From: an uncultured virus (IMG/VR IMGVR_UViG_3300006128_000009)
Lineage: Duplodnaviria > Heunggongvirae > Uroviricota > Caudoviricetes
Length of the DNA stretch: 20,000 nucleotides
Virus record (IMG/VR): IMGVR_UViG_3300006128_000009
Direction: 5' to 3' (one strand)
Of this stretch, positions 7,470 to 14,469 are shown piece after piece. Every line of letters starts with the position of its first letter. The stretch's first letter is position 1. The notes under the pieces were generated by a model. The model was not told the origin of the DNA and did not search any database. It saw only the letters and a list, made by a program, of their open reading frames with translations. The position numbers and the translations under genes are program-made.

Positions 7470-7685
7470 TTAGAACTGGATTTCGCTATCCTGTAAAGCA
7501 GAAAGTGCAGAAAGATTAAAAATCAATTCATTTGAATCTTTCCACTTCGACTCCTCGCAAACCATAACACTACTATCAAAATAGTGCTGATTGAGAAATC
7601 CCTTAATACCAAGAATGACATCTTCTGGAATCTCCTGACTGTGAACGTGGAGAATAAGAGGAATGACTGTGTAGTGGTTTTTCAT
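7470..7685 (-). CDS. hypothetical protein
   Basis: 71 aa, first gene of the operon. Confidence 0.65.
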   Translation of the reverse strand: MKNHYTVIPLILHVHSQEIPEDVILGIKGFLNQHYFDSSVMVCEESKWKDSNELIFNLSALSALQDSEIQF

Positions 7686-7694
7686 AACCCCACC

Positions 7695-7723
7695 AATGGA
7701 TCATATTCCCAAAAACTTTACAA
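7695..7723 (-). promoter_or_regulatory. probable promoter (TTGTAA -35; weak -10)
   Basis: AAAATAGTTCTTGTAA is nearly identical to AAAATAGTGCTTGTAA near 1750 and lies at the same distance from the ATG. Confidence 0.45.
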
Positions 7724-7754
7724 GAACTATTTTAAACTTTTTTATGTATACCAA

Positions 7755-7867
7755 TGGTAAGACATCAATGTTTGAAAAGTCTTACCAATTATTCTGAAGT
7801 TTTCTGAAAACTGTTTGGTAAGACACCGTTGTTCAGAACAGTCTTACAATATATTGTATGGTAAGAC
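7755..7867. repeat. cluster of five TGGTAAGAC boxes in alternating orientation
   Basis: 7755-7763 fwd, 7779-7787 rev, 7816-7824 fwd, 7841-7849 rev (1 mismatch), 7859-7867 fwd; palindrome TACAATATATTGTA at 7845-7858. Confidence 0.85.
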
Positions 7868-7961
7868 AATATGTTGCAAACACATTCAGAATAATACACG
7901 CTCATGCGAATATGTTCTGAAAATGTCAAGAAAACATTGCAAAATTTTGAAAATTTTCTGG

Positions 7962-7990
7962 TTGACAAAACAGTTAAAAACATTTAGAGT
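7962..7990 (+). promoter_or_regulatory. sigma70-like promoter TTGACA-N17-TAGAGT pointing into the repeat array
   Basis: Perfect -35; back-to-back with a minus-strand TTGACA at 7924-7929. Confidence 0.45.
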
Positions 7991-8009
7991 AGACTGATTG
8001 TAATAAATG

Positions 8010-8178
8010 TGTTTAGAAATGTTTAGAAATGTGTTTAGAAATGTTTTTAATGTTTTCAGAGTGTTTAGAACTGTTCGGAAAGTATTCGGAATGTTTAGAA
8101 CTGTTTGGAAAGTGTTTGGAACTGTTCGGAATGTTTTCAGGTTATTTGAAACTATTTAGGAAGTTTTCGGAAGTTTCG
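8010..8178 (+). repeat. degenerate tandem array, ~17 units of 9-12 bp (consensus TGTTT[A/C/G]GAA[A/C])
   Basis: Units such as tgtttagaaa, tgtttagaac, tgttcggaaag, tgtttggaac; higher-order 30-bp repeat at 8062-8091 and 8092-8121. Confidence 0.85.
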
Positions 8179-8467
8179 ATAACTTGTATGAAGAATGTCT
8201 TATCATGTGGGAGGAATGTATTTTGAATACTGTTCTGGAGTTATTTCGATTAGATCGAAAGGTTCTTCAGGGGAGAAGTTTCAAATCATTTGTTATTGTA
8301 GTCTTTGGGAATTGTAAGTATTATTGTTATTGAATGGATGATAGTTGTATAGCTGTCAGTTGGATTGTTATCTTGATTCTTATTGGGACATTCCTTAAAT
8401 ATAGAAATTGATTTGTCGTATTGCTACACCATGTTGTATTTTTACACGGTGTTCTATTAAAACAGCA

Positions 8468-8496
8468 TTGACATGGATATGGGTTTCTGTTATTGT
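8468..8496 (+). promoter_or_regulatory. sigma70-like promoter TTGACA-N17-TATTGT with extended TG
   Basis: 8 nt upstream of the ATG at 8505. Confidence 0.7.
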
Positions 8497-8504
8497 ACTT
8501 GTCT

Positions 8505-8795
8505 ATGAATGAAAACCTAAATGCTGTATTGGAGAAGGGAGCAAAGGAACTTGTTACCTTTATTGTTAAGGATGAAGCTCACGGTGTATTTTTCCATGAG
8601 GCATGTGATGAGACGGAATTTACTCCTGTTACTATTGGTATGCTTTGTACTATTCTGATTAGGAATTATATTGGTGCTCTTCCTGATTCGGTTCAGAATG
8701 ATGCTATGGATGCTTGTTATAAGACTATCGAGGCTCTTCGGTCATTTCCTGAAGAGTTGGAGATGGACGATGATGAGGTATTTGGTTCTGATTAG
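8505..8795 (+). CDS. acidic hypothetical protein
   Basis: ORF from MNENLN with its own promoter and a biased (T/G-ending) codon pattern. Confidence 0.75.
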   Translation: MNENLNAVLEKGAKELVTFIVKDEAHGVFFHEACDETEFTPVTIGMLCTILIRNYIGALPDSVQNDAMDACYKTIEALRSFPEELEMDDDEVFGSD

Positions 8796-8809
8796 ACGAC
8801 GAACCATCA

Positions 8810-8834
8810 CACTCTGTTGCATTAAAACAGAGTG
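8810..8834. terminator. hairpin between convergent genes
   Basis: CACTCTGTT-GCATTAA-AACAGAGTG, a 9-bp perfect stem; no clear U-tract. Confidence 0.45.
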
Positions 8835-8861
8835 CTGTATTAAATCAGAGTTTACTTTAAA

Positions 8862-9269
8862 TTACTTGAGGTAATTTGCTGTGGAGTTTTTGTTCTCCTT
8901 TAATACTGACTTACCTTTTGCTGAAAGGTAATTTCCTGTGTTGAAAGATTCTGGATATGTTGTGGGAGTTGAAGGAGTTTGTTCTTCTTCTCCTGCATCG
9001 GAAGCTGCTTGTTGTTCTGCTTCTGGATCTTCGTGATCATCGGAATTATCTTCGTGTCCGAATTCTGCTAATGCATTGATGAGATCCATATGTTCATCTG
9101 GTGCGAGATCATGTTGAGCAAAGAGATTTTTGATACCTTCCAAGTGTTCTTGGTCTGCATAGATCGGATGACCTATTGCTTCTATGGATTGATCTTCGTT
9201 TTCTTCTACGATATGAATTGATTCGTAGAGGCTTTCGATTGCTTTTTGATCGTTGGAATTTGAATACAT
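8862..9269 (-). CDS. acidic hypothetical protein, probably late/virion-associated
   Basis: 135 aa, preceded by TATAAGTA (9278-9285, minus strand). Confidence 0.75.
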   Translation of the reverse strand: MYSNSNDQKAIESLYESIHIVEENEDQSIEAIGHPIYADQEHLEGIKNLFAQHDLAPDEHMDLINALAEFGHEDNSDDHEDPEAEQQAASDAGEEEQTPSTPTTYPESFNTGNYLSAKGKSVLKENKNSTANYLK

Positions 9270-9286
9270 GATGTAATTACTTATAC

Positions 9287-9730
9287 TTAATTGATATCAA
9301 TTAGGGGGAAAATTATTATTTTTTCTGGTGTTTCGTGGGAATCGTGTTTACTAAAGTGATGGGTATTTTGTTCTTCGTCGTATGCGATATTATAAACTAA
9401 TTCGATTCCTTCTCTTCCTGCCACTCTTATGTCTCTTACTGCTAGATTCCCGTGTGCTGTGTTAATGTGATGTGGTGTGTCATTTTCTTCCCACTTTATA
9501 TTCAAATAGTCTTTTTTTACTAAGGGATGTTTGGATACAATTCTTTGTTTTAGTCTGACTTCGGCATTGTATAATTTATCATCATCGCCTATGACCTGTG
9601 CTTTTTTATTTCTTATTTCGTTTCTTGCTATGGTTTCTGGTGATGCAAGATAGCTATGTCCGATTACCTGTAACTTACCTGTGACTTGTTCTTCGTAGAT
9701 TAGTTCTAGGTTTTTTGAATCATTTGACAT
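9287..9730 (-). CDS. hypothetical protein, probably late/virion-associated
   Basis: Likely start MSNDSK at 9730, preceded by AATAAATA (9741-9748, minus strand). Confidence 0.72.
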   Translation of the reverse strand: MSNDSKNLELIYEEQVTGKLQVIGHSYLASPETIARNEIRNKKAQVIGDDDKLYNAEVRLKQRIVSKHPLVKKDYLNIKWEENDTPHHINTAHGNLAVRDIRVAGREGIELVYNIAYDEEQNTHHFSKHDSHETPEKIIIFPLIDIN

Positions 9731-9850
9731 ATAACCTATATATTTATTTGTCATACATCCTTATTTTAATATATTTTTTTATTTTCTCTGTAGAAATATT
9801 TATTTTTTATAAAATTTGGCACAAAAGTTGATATTTTTATGGATTTTTTC

Positions 9851-9880
9851 TCCACTTTCCCCCACTTTGTGCCACATTTT
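9851..9880 (-). promoter_or_regulatory. three GTGG direct repeats at 10-bp period (MraZ-box-like)
   Basis: Minus strand AAAATGTGGC-ACAAAGTGGG-GGAAAGTGGA in a divergent intergenic region. Confidence 0.5.
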
Positions 9881-9921
9881 TTTACAATTTGGACATGTTT
9901 TGTAAGTATTTTCTGTACAAA

Positions 9922-10260
9922 ATGGACACAAAACTCAAAAGAATAACACCCGAAATTGAAAAACATGCTGCCATCCGAATAGCAATGGAATGGATAAGAT
10001 CCGGTGAAAGTTTGCTAAAACGTGATCCTAATGTAAAATATATAAAACTATCTGATGAAGTAAATGATAAGATTACTTCTCTCTATGAAGATGGTTATGA
10101 ACTCTCTGGATTTAAATATAATCTTGCCGCCAATATGAGAATCAAACAACAAGCACTAGACACTGCTCTTTCTGTCTTGAAGGTCGATGCAGGAAGAAAA
10201 GAAGATGCAAAATATCCCAATATGGTAAAGCATTTCAACATCCGACCATATAGTTTTTAA
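9922..10260 (+). CDS. hypothetical protein
   Basis: Likely start MDTKLKR at 9922. Confidence 0.7.
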   Translation: MDTKLKRITPEIEKHAAIRIAMEWIRSGESLLKRDPNVKYIKLSDEVNDKITSLYEDGYELSGFKYNLAANMRIKQQALDTALSVLKVDAGRKEDAKYPNMVKHFNIRPYSF

Positions 10261-10261
10261 T

Positions 10262-10414
10262 ATGCTTGCAGAATATATATTTGAAGTAATCGTAGATAAT
10301 ATTCCCCAATTAATTAAAGTCATTGCCCCTGACAAAGAAAAGGCACTGGAAAAAATCAATTCATTTTATTCCTCAGAACCAAAACTAATTGATATAAGAA
10401 GTATTACTTTTTGA
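10262..10414 (+). CDS. small hypothetical protein (50 aa, MLAEYIFEVIVDNIPQLIKVIAPDKEKALEKI...)
   Basis: Translated by hand; TAA-T-ATG coupling to the upstream gene. Confidence 0.6.
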   Translation: MLAEYIFEVIVDNIPQLIKVIAPDKEKALEKINSFYSSEPKLIDIRSITF

Positions 10415-10727
10415 TATCTTCGTAATCGAACTTGATATCATTGATCGTACTATCTTCGTATTTCTTAAACTTCTTCTTAAATGATTCATAATCAGTAAGA
10501 TCTGACTGATTAAACTTCGGGAGCTTTTCCCATTTCATTTTATGTTCGTGCTTCTTATAAGCATCACTATCACGACTTAGATAATAATAGCTACCAATTA
10601 TAGTTGCTAGAATAAAAATAAGGAATAACATTTTGATTGTTCCGGTAATCAAATTCTTAATCAACCAAATTGATCCAAGAACAAGAATAACAGCTAAAAG
10701 TATTTCAAGGGGATTATTATAATTCAT
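10404..10727 (-). CDS. membrane protein with two N-terminal TM helices
   Basis: Two hydrophobic stretches followed by a Lys-rich soluble part. Confidence 0.7.
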   Translation of the reverse strand: MNYNNPLEILLAVILVLGSIWLIKNLITGTIKMLFLIFILATIIGSYYYLSRDSDAYKKHEHKMKWEKLPKFNQSDLTDYESFKKKFKKYEDSTINDIKFDYEDIKK

Positions 10728-10900
10728 TTTCTTATGACGTTACTGGAATAGTATTTACCATTATATTTGAATTCATATACATCTCTACCAAAGAGATCCT
10801 CGCTAATTCCCACAAAGACCGTATCATTTACAGGAATCCATTCTCCCTCCACCATGACATATGCTTCCTTTAGTCCGTATCTGTCTTCATCGTTATCCAT
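10724..10900 (-). CDS. small hypothetical protein (58 aa, MDNDEDRYGLKEAYVMVEGEWIPV...)
   Basis: Translated by hand; ATGA overlap with the next gene. Confidence 0.6.
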   Translation of the reverse strand: MDNDEDRYGLKEAYVMVEGEWIPVNDTVFVGISEDLFGRDVYEFKYNGKYYSSNVIRK

Positions 10901-11496
10901 GATGGTTCTACTTTATCAGATTTGATTCCGAAATGCAACAATAAATTCTTAACTATTTCAATCTGAAGATTGACTCTAGTTTCAATGTCATGAGGTCTGA
11001 TGGGTGTTTCGATAGTACAGGAGGGTATTCCTCTCTTTCTTAATGCTCTCTCAAGTGTTCCTTTAGTTGGCAAATGTCCATGTGTAATGACTCCTCTTTC
11101 GGTTTTATCTCCTATTGCACTCTTTGCGAGTTTTACATTTAGATCAGCAAGAATCTTCTGTAGGGTCTTTTTCATGTCCGGTGAAGAATAAGCATAGACT
11201 TCATCGGTCGTATCATCTTCGTGCATAGCTATGACCAAGCTTGGATTTATTTGTTCTATCTTTGTAAGTATCTTATCTTCAACTGGTAATGAATCTTTCT
11301 CATCGAAATGTCTATTGGGATCTACTCCCTCAAGTCTTCTATGACCAGTTGTGTTTACATTACAAATGATATCAACTCCCTCTATTCCCTCAAATTTCTT
11401 TGCCGCTATATTTCCTGCTGGTTCATCTCCATGAATACCACCAACTAAAACAATACGGGGATTTGTATATTTCTTGTAAAGATTATCGAATTTCAT
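10870..11496 (-). CDS. M14-family zinc carboxypeptidase / succinylglutamate desuccinylase-like protein
   Basis: GGIHGDEPAG (HxxE), DPNRHF, AMHED and TIETP motifs; TAAATA 6 nt upstream. Confidence 0.8.
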   Translation of the reverse strand: MKFDNLYKKYTNPRIVLVGGIHGDEPAGNIAAKKFEGIEGVDIICNVNTTGHRRLEGVDPNRHFDEKDSLPVEDKILTKIEQINPSLVIAMHEDDTTDEVYAYSSPDMKKTLQKILADLNVKLAKSAIGDKTERGVITHGHLPTKGTLERALRKRGIPSCTIETPIRPHDIETRVNLQIEIVKNLLLHFGIKSDKVEPSWITMKTDTD

Positions 11497-11505
11497 TCTT
11501 AATAT

Positions 11506-12000
11506 TTACACCCACCAATCGGGTGTATTATTAAGTTTATCCCATTTGGCAAATGCTCTCTTGGCTCCCATATAATAATTCCTATATGCTGTGACTGCAT
11601 CGGGATGTTTATATTCATCTGGCATTGCTTGTGCAAAACTTGTCAGCGGACCATCCGGTATCATCTCTGCCATATTTTTAAGGAAGATAATACCTCTCTC
11701 ACATGAATGAGTTTTTCTGTATCTATTTGAATATTCGATACATAGATACATACCATGATCTGCCGCCCAGTTGAAATTAGCTCTCGTTTGTCCTACCCAA
11801 CGTGTACAGGGATGATTATGATAACCACCTTTAAGAGGTGTTCCACTTGCAGTCAAAGGCATTTCCCAACTCTGTGCTCCATGACGAATCACAGCAGAAC
11901 CCAACTGCTGAAATATCTCAAGGATCATTTTTACAACATGCTTGTCACAATGATATTGTGCAGCAATATAAGGATCGTTATCTAGAATGAATATGTTCAT
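11506..12000 (-). CDS. pyrimidine-dimer DNA glycosylase / endonuclease V-like family protein
   Basis: MNIFILD.DP..AAQYHCDKHVVKMILE..Q, HNHPCTRW, F.QAMPDEYK..DAVTAYRNYY signature. Confidence 0.7.
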   Translation of the reverse strand: MNIFILDNDPYIAAQYHCDKHVVKMILEIFQQLGSAVIRHGAQSWEMPLTASGTPLKGGYHNHPCTRWVGQTRANFNWAADHGMYLCIEYSNRYRKTHSCERGIIFLKNMAEMIPDGPLTSFAQAMPDEYKHPDAVTAYRNYYMGAKRAFAKWDKLNNTPDWWV

Positions 12001-12154
12001 TGGTAGTTATTTTGTATACTTTATAAAAAGCATACCCTACACTATACCATACTGTCAATGAGATAAGAAAAGAAAGTAATATGATAACCAAACGAATGTA
12101 ACCCCATTTGCGTTCCTCTCTTTGTCTATCATATTCTAAATCATCGGGTTCCAT
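11978..12154 (-). CDS. small membrane protein (58 aa, MEPDDLEYDRQREERKWGYIRLVIILLSFLISLTVWYSVGYAFYK...)
   Basis: Translated by hand; fills the gap, single TM helix. Confidence 0.55.
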   Translation of the reverse strand: MEPDDLEYDRQREERKWGYIRLVIILLSFLISLTVWYSVGYAFYKVYKITTNEHIHSR

Positions 12155-12156
12155 AA

Positions 12157-12390
12157 TTATGAATTCCTTGGTAGATAAACTACTTGCTTTATGTCACTTA
12201 GCCAACTTAGAGGTCTTGTGTCGGAATCCTGATATTCACCATCATACCAACCTTTACCTTCTCCTGCTTTGACGACATTGATTTCATGAATGTTGTTGAC
12301 AAGATCATATCCTGTTTCATATCCATCGACAACCACTTCGGTTTCAGGATCGAACTTCTGAAGTTCTTTTATTAGGTCTTTGATTTTCAT
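12157..12390 (-). CDS. hypothetical phage protein (MKIKDLIKELQKFDPETEVVV type)
   Basis: Common phage N-terminal pattern; ATGA overlap. Confidence 0.75.
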   Translation of the reverse strand: MKIKDLIKELQKFDPETEVVVDGYETGYDLVNNIHEINVVKAGEGKGWYDGEYQDSDTRPLSWLSDIKQVVYLPRNS

Positions 12391-12704
12391 GATTTGTTTT
12401 CGTATTCGTTTATTGTTTCCCAAAGAGAATCAATATCATAACAGATTTCGACTTTCTTTCTACCTACTTTCTTATATGCCTTATTGATCTTACCATCCAT
12501 ACCTTCTCTCTCATAAAGAAACCAATCAATCCATGTCAGTTGATCAGCATTAAATGCTGCCTTCATGAGTTCATCAATGACATGTTCGTAATTTTCTTCA
12601 AAATGCATAAGATCAATTCCAAGCTTATAAGCATCATGAGATCTCTTACGAGCAGTCTGGGTATTAAGAATGATCTTCTGGAAAGATTGCTTTGTCATAT
12701 TCAT
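12387..12704 (-). CDS. hypothetical phage protein (WIDWFLYE motif)
   Basis: 105 aa, coupled to its neighbours. Confidence 0.75.
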   Translation of the reverse strand: MNMTKQSFQKIILNTQTARKRSHDAYKLGIDLMHFEENYEHVIDELMKAAFNADQLTWIDWFLYEREGMDGKINKAYKKVGRKKVEICYDIDSLWETINEYENKS

Positions 12705-12943
12705 TGTTTAAAATCAAATTTAAATACAAGAGTTTGAATCTTATCTAGCAGATCATAGTTTACAATACGATTTCCATCCTTATCCCATAGATAACAATGA
12801 CCAACCTTATTCATAATAGGAGTCTTGTCATCATAGGCATGTTCGATAAACATGGGATCATACCAATTATAGTAATATGTTTCTCCCTTATGAGTAATCT
12901 CATACAGAGATAGTTTATATTCCTTTTTATCTTTGATTTTCAT
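12701..12943 (-). CDS. hypothetical protein
   Basis: 80 aa, coupled to its neighbours. Confidence 0.7.
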   Translation of the reverse strand: MKIKDKKEYKLSLYEITHKGETYYYNWYDPMFIEHAYDDKTPIMNKVGHCYLWDKDGNRIVNYDLLDKIQTLVFKFDFKQ

Positions 12944-13299
12944 CAGTTTTCTACGGAATGATTGATCTTAAAGCCACCAGTTCTATGATACTCTTCGTTC
13001 TTTTCACCAATCTGGAACCAAGAAGTCTCTCCCTTCTCGCAGGAATTAGCATACTCTTTCCAATTGATATTTTCTACCATCTTATCAATCTCACTTGCTG
13101 TCTTCTCATCAAGATCATATGGAATACCATCGTAGCGACAGTTATTGATAAACTCTTGGATATATTTAAGAAAATCCTCTTCAGTTTCTCCTGTATATGG
13201 ATTATCCTCAAGCTTCTTGAACTTCTTGGGATCAAGCTCTGCAACCTCAGTTGTTTGCCAGATTGTTATCTCTTCTACTTTACGGATTTGGTATTTCAT
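12943..13299 (-). CDS. hypothetical protein
   Basis: 118 aa, TGATG overlap. Confidence 0.75.
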   Translation of the reverse strand: MKYQIRKVEEITIWQTTEVAELDPKKFKKLEDNPYTGETEEDFLKYIQEFINNCRYDGIPYDLDEKTASEIDKMVENINWKEYANSCEKGETSWFQIGEKNEEYHRTGGFKINHSVEN

Positions 13300-13308
13300 A
13301 TGTTATTT

Positions 13309-13827
13309 TTAGTTAGTTTGAAGTTTAAAAGGAGTTACGATAATACGAGGCTCAATATAAACTGGCTTCACGTTATTACCATTAGGATCTTTGAGAAGAA
13401 CCCAAGTACCATCACAGCTTGCAGGGGAATACAAACCATTGGGATCAGCCTGTGGAATAGTTACATTGCCTTGTTCATACGTCTCATAAGACTTTGCTGG
13501 TCTCATTGGACTAGTATATTGGGTAGCATATGGGATACCATAACCAATACTTTCACCAAGAAAGATAAGTTTACCTGTATTCTCTGCTACAATGTATGTA
13601 TATGTAGTAAGACCATCCTGATCTCTCATCTCAAGAATATCCTTGAGAAGTTTCTTCTCACGAAAGTTCTTGATTGCTGGCATACCAACTTCAGATGCAC
13701 ATTCCTTTAGGATTTCTTCTTGTCTACGATTCTGAACCTGATCACTCGTTGTACGTATAGTAGTATCACAACCAGTGATTGCAAATGTTGCTACTGTGGC
13801 AATAATTAGGATTAGTTTGTTTTTCAT
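13309..13827 (-). CDS. lipoprotein
   Basis: Signal peptide with lipobox ITGC; core SIGYGIPYATQYTSP..QADPNGLYSP..GTWV..VYIEP. Confidence 0.8.
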   Translation of the reverse strand: MKNKLILIIATVATFAITGCDTTIRTTSDQVQNRRQEEILKECASEVGMPAIKNFREKKLLKDILEMRDQDGLTTYTYIVAENTGKLIFLGESIGYGIPYATQYTSPMRPAKSYETYEQGNVTIPQADPNGLYSPASCDGTWVLLKDPNGNNVKPVYIEPRIIVTPFKLQTN

Positions 13828-13839
13828 GTGTTTATTTTT

Positions 13840-14079
13840 TTATACTGAAAGGTGCTTTTCTAGGGTTATTTTACCGTAATATGGTTTGAATTGACTACTC
13901 CATTTATCTAAATGCATTCCAATTTCTTCTGGAAATTTACTGTATAACAATGTGCCAGTATAACCAAGACCACCATGACCAGTATTTGTGGCTAAAATAA
14001 CCATTCCCTCGTCGTTGACCATCAAAGTTGGAAATCCCAAGTTGTTTGTGTTATTGTCTTCTATTTTTGTTGATTTCAT
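13840..14079 (-). CDS. hypothetical protein
   Basis: 79-aa ORF in the operon. Confidence 0.7.
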   Translation of the reverse strand: MKSTKIEDNNTNNLGFPTLMVNDEGMVILATNTGHGGLGYTGTLLYSKFPEEIGMHLDKWSSQFKPYYGKITLEKHLSV

Positions 14080-14084
14080 ATGTA

Positions 14085-14432
14085 TTAGAATTTGTGGGTT
14101 TGATTGTTCTTGAGTGTCTGGATAAAACTATAAAGATCCGGAGGAAGTTTGTCAACATCATAATCAGCAGCACGATGAAGAATGATAGAACCAAGTGCTG
14201 ATTGATGATCCTTATCTGTTTGAATATATTGATATTGCATATTTTCAAGCTCTTGAATCATACCTTGGTTATATGCCTTAGATTGTTCAAAGACTTGACG
14301 ACGAACTGCTTCCTGTTTTGGAGCAAAGTATTTGTACAGGAAGAAATCGTTTCCTGTAAAAACCCAGCTTAAACCAAGCACGATTACGATGATTGCGAGG
14401 AACGATAGGAATGCTGCGAATATGTCTTTCAT
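14085..14432 (-). CDS. membrane-anchored protein (N-terminal TM, helical soluble domain)
   Basis: Hydrophobic N-terminus, then FAPKQEAVRRQVFEQSKAYNQG. Confidence 0.78.
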   Translation of the reverse strand: MKDIFAAFLSFLAIIVIVLGLSWVFTGNDFFLYKYFAPKQEAVRRQVFEQSKAYNQGMIQELENMQYQYIQTDKDHQSALGSIILHRAADYDVDKLPPDLYSFIQTLKNNQTHKF

Positions 14433-14469
14433 AATTGTTTATGTAGTATATGTAATTTTTTATAAAGTG

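Noticed and set aside
7755..7867. TGGTAAGAC boxes as mini-CRISPR repeats or transposon ends
   Set aside because: Only 9-13 bp, alternating orientation, no transposase and no target-site duplication.
8010..8178. Repeat array as a CRISPR array
   Set aside because: Units are 9-12 bp, contiguous and degenerate, with no unique spacers and no cas genes.
7789..8226. ORFs 7789-7983, 7815-7997 and 8029-8226
   Set aside because: Translations merely mirror the DNA repeats (CLELFGK...); non-ATG or unsupported starts.
9766..9966. 66-aa minus-strand ORF across the GTGG repeats
   Set aside because: Low-complexity translation of a regulatory-looking region that overlaps the plus-strand gene start.
12029..12058. 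TTGACA-N18-TATGCT promoter upstream of the glycosylase
   Set aside because: Lies inside a plausible 58-aa CDS with an 18-nt spacer; may be real but cannot be supported from sequence alone.
12958..13710. 250-aa plus-strand ORF
   Set aside because: Antisense to two well-formed minus-strand genes; Ile/Leu/Phe-rich shadow composition.
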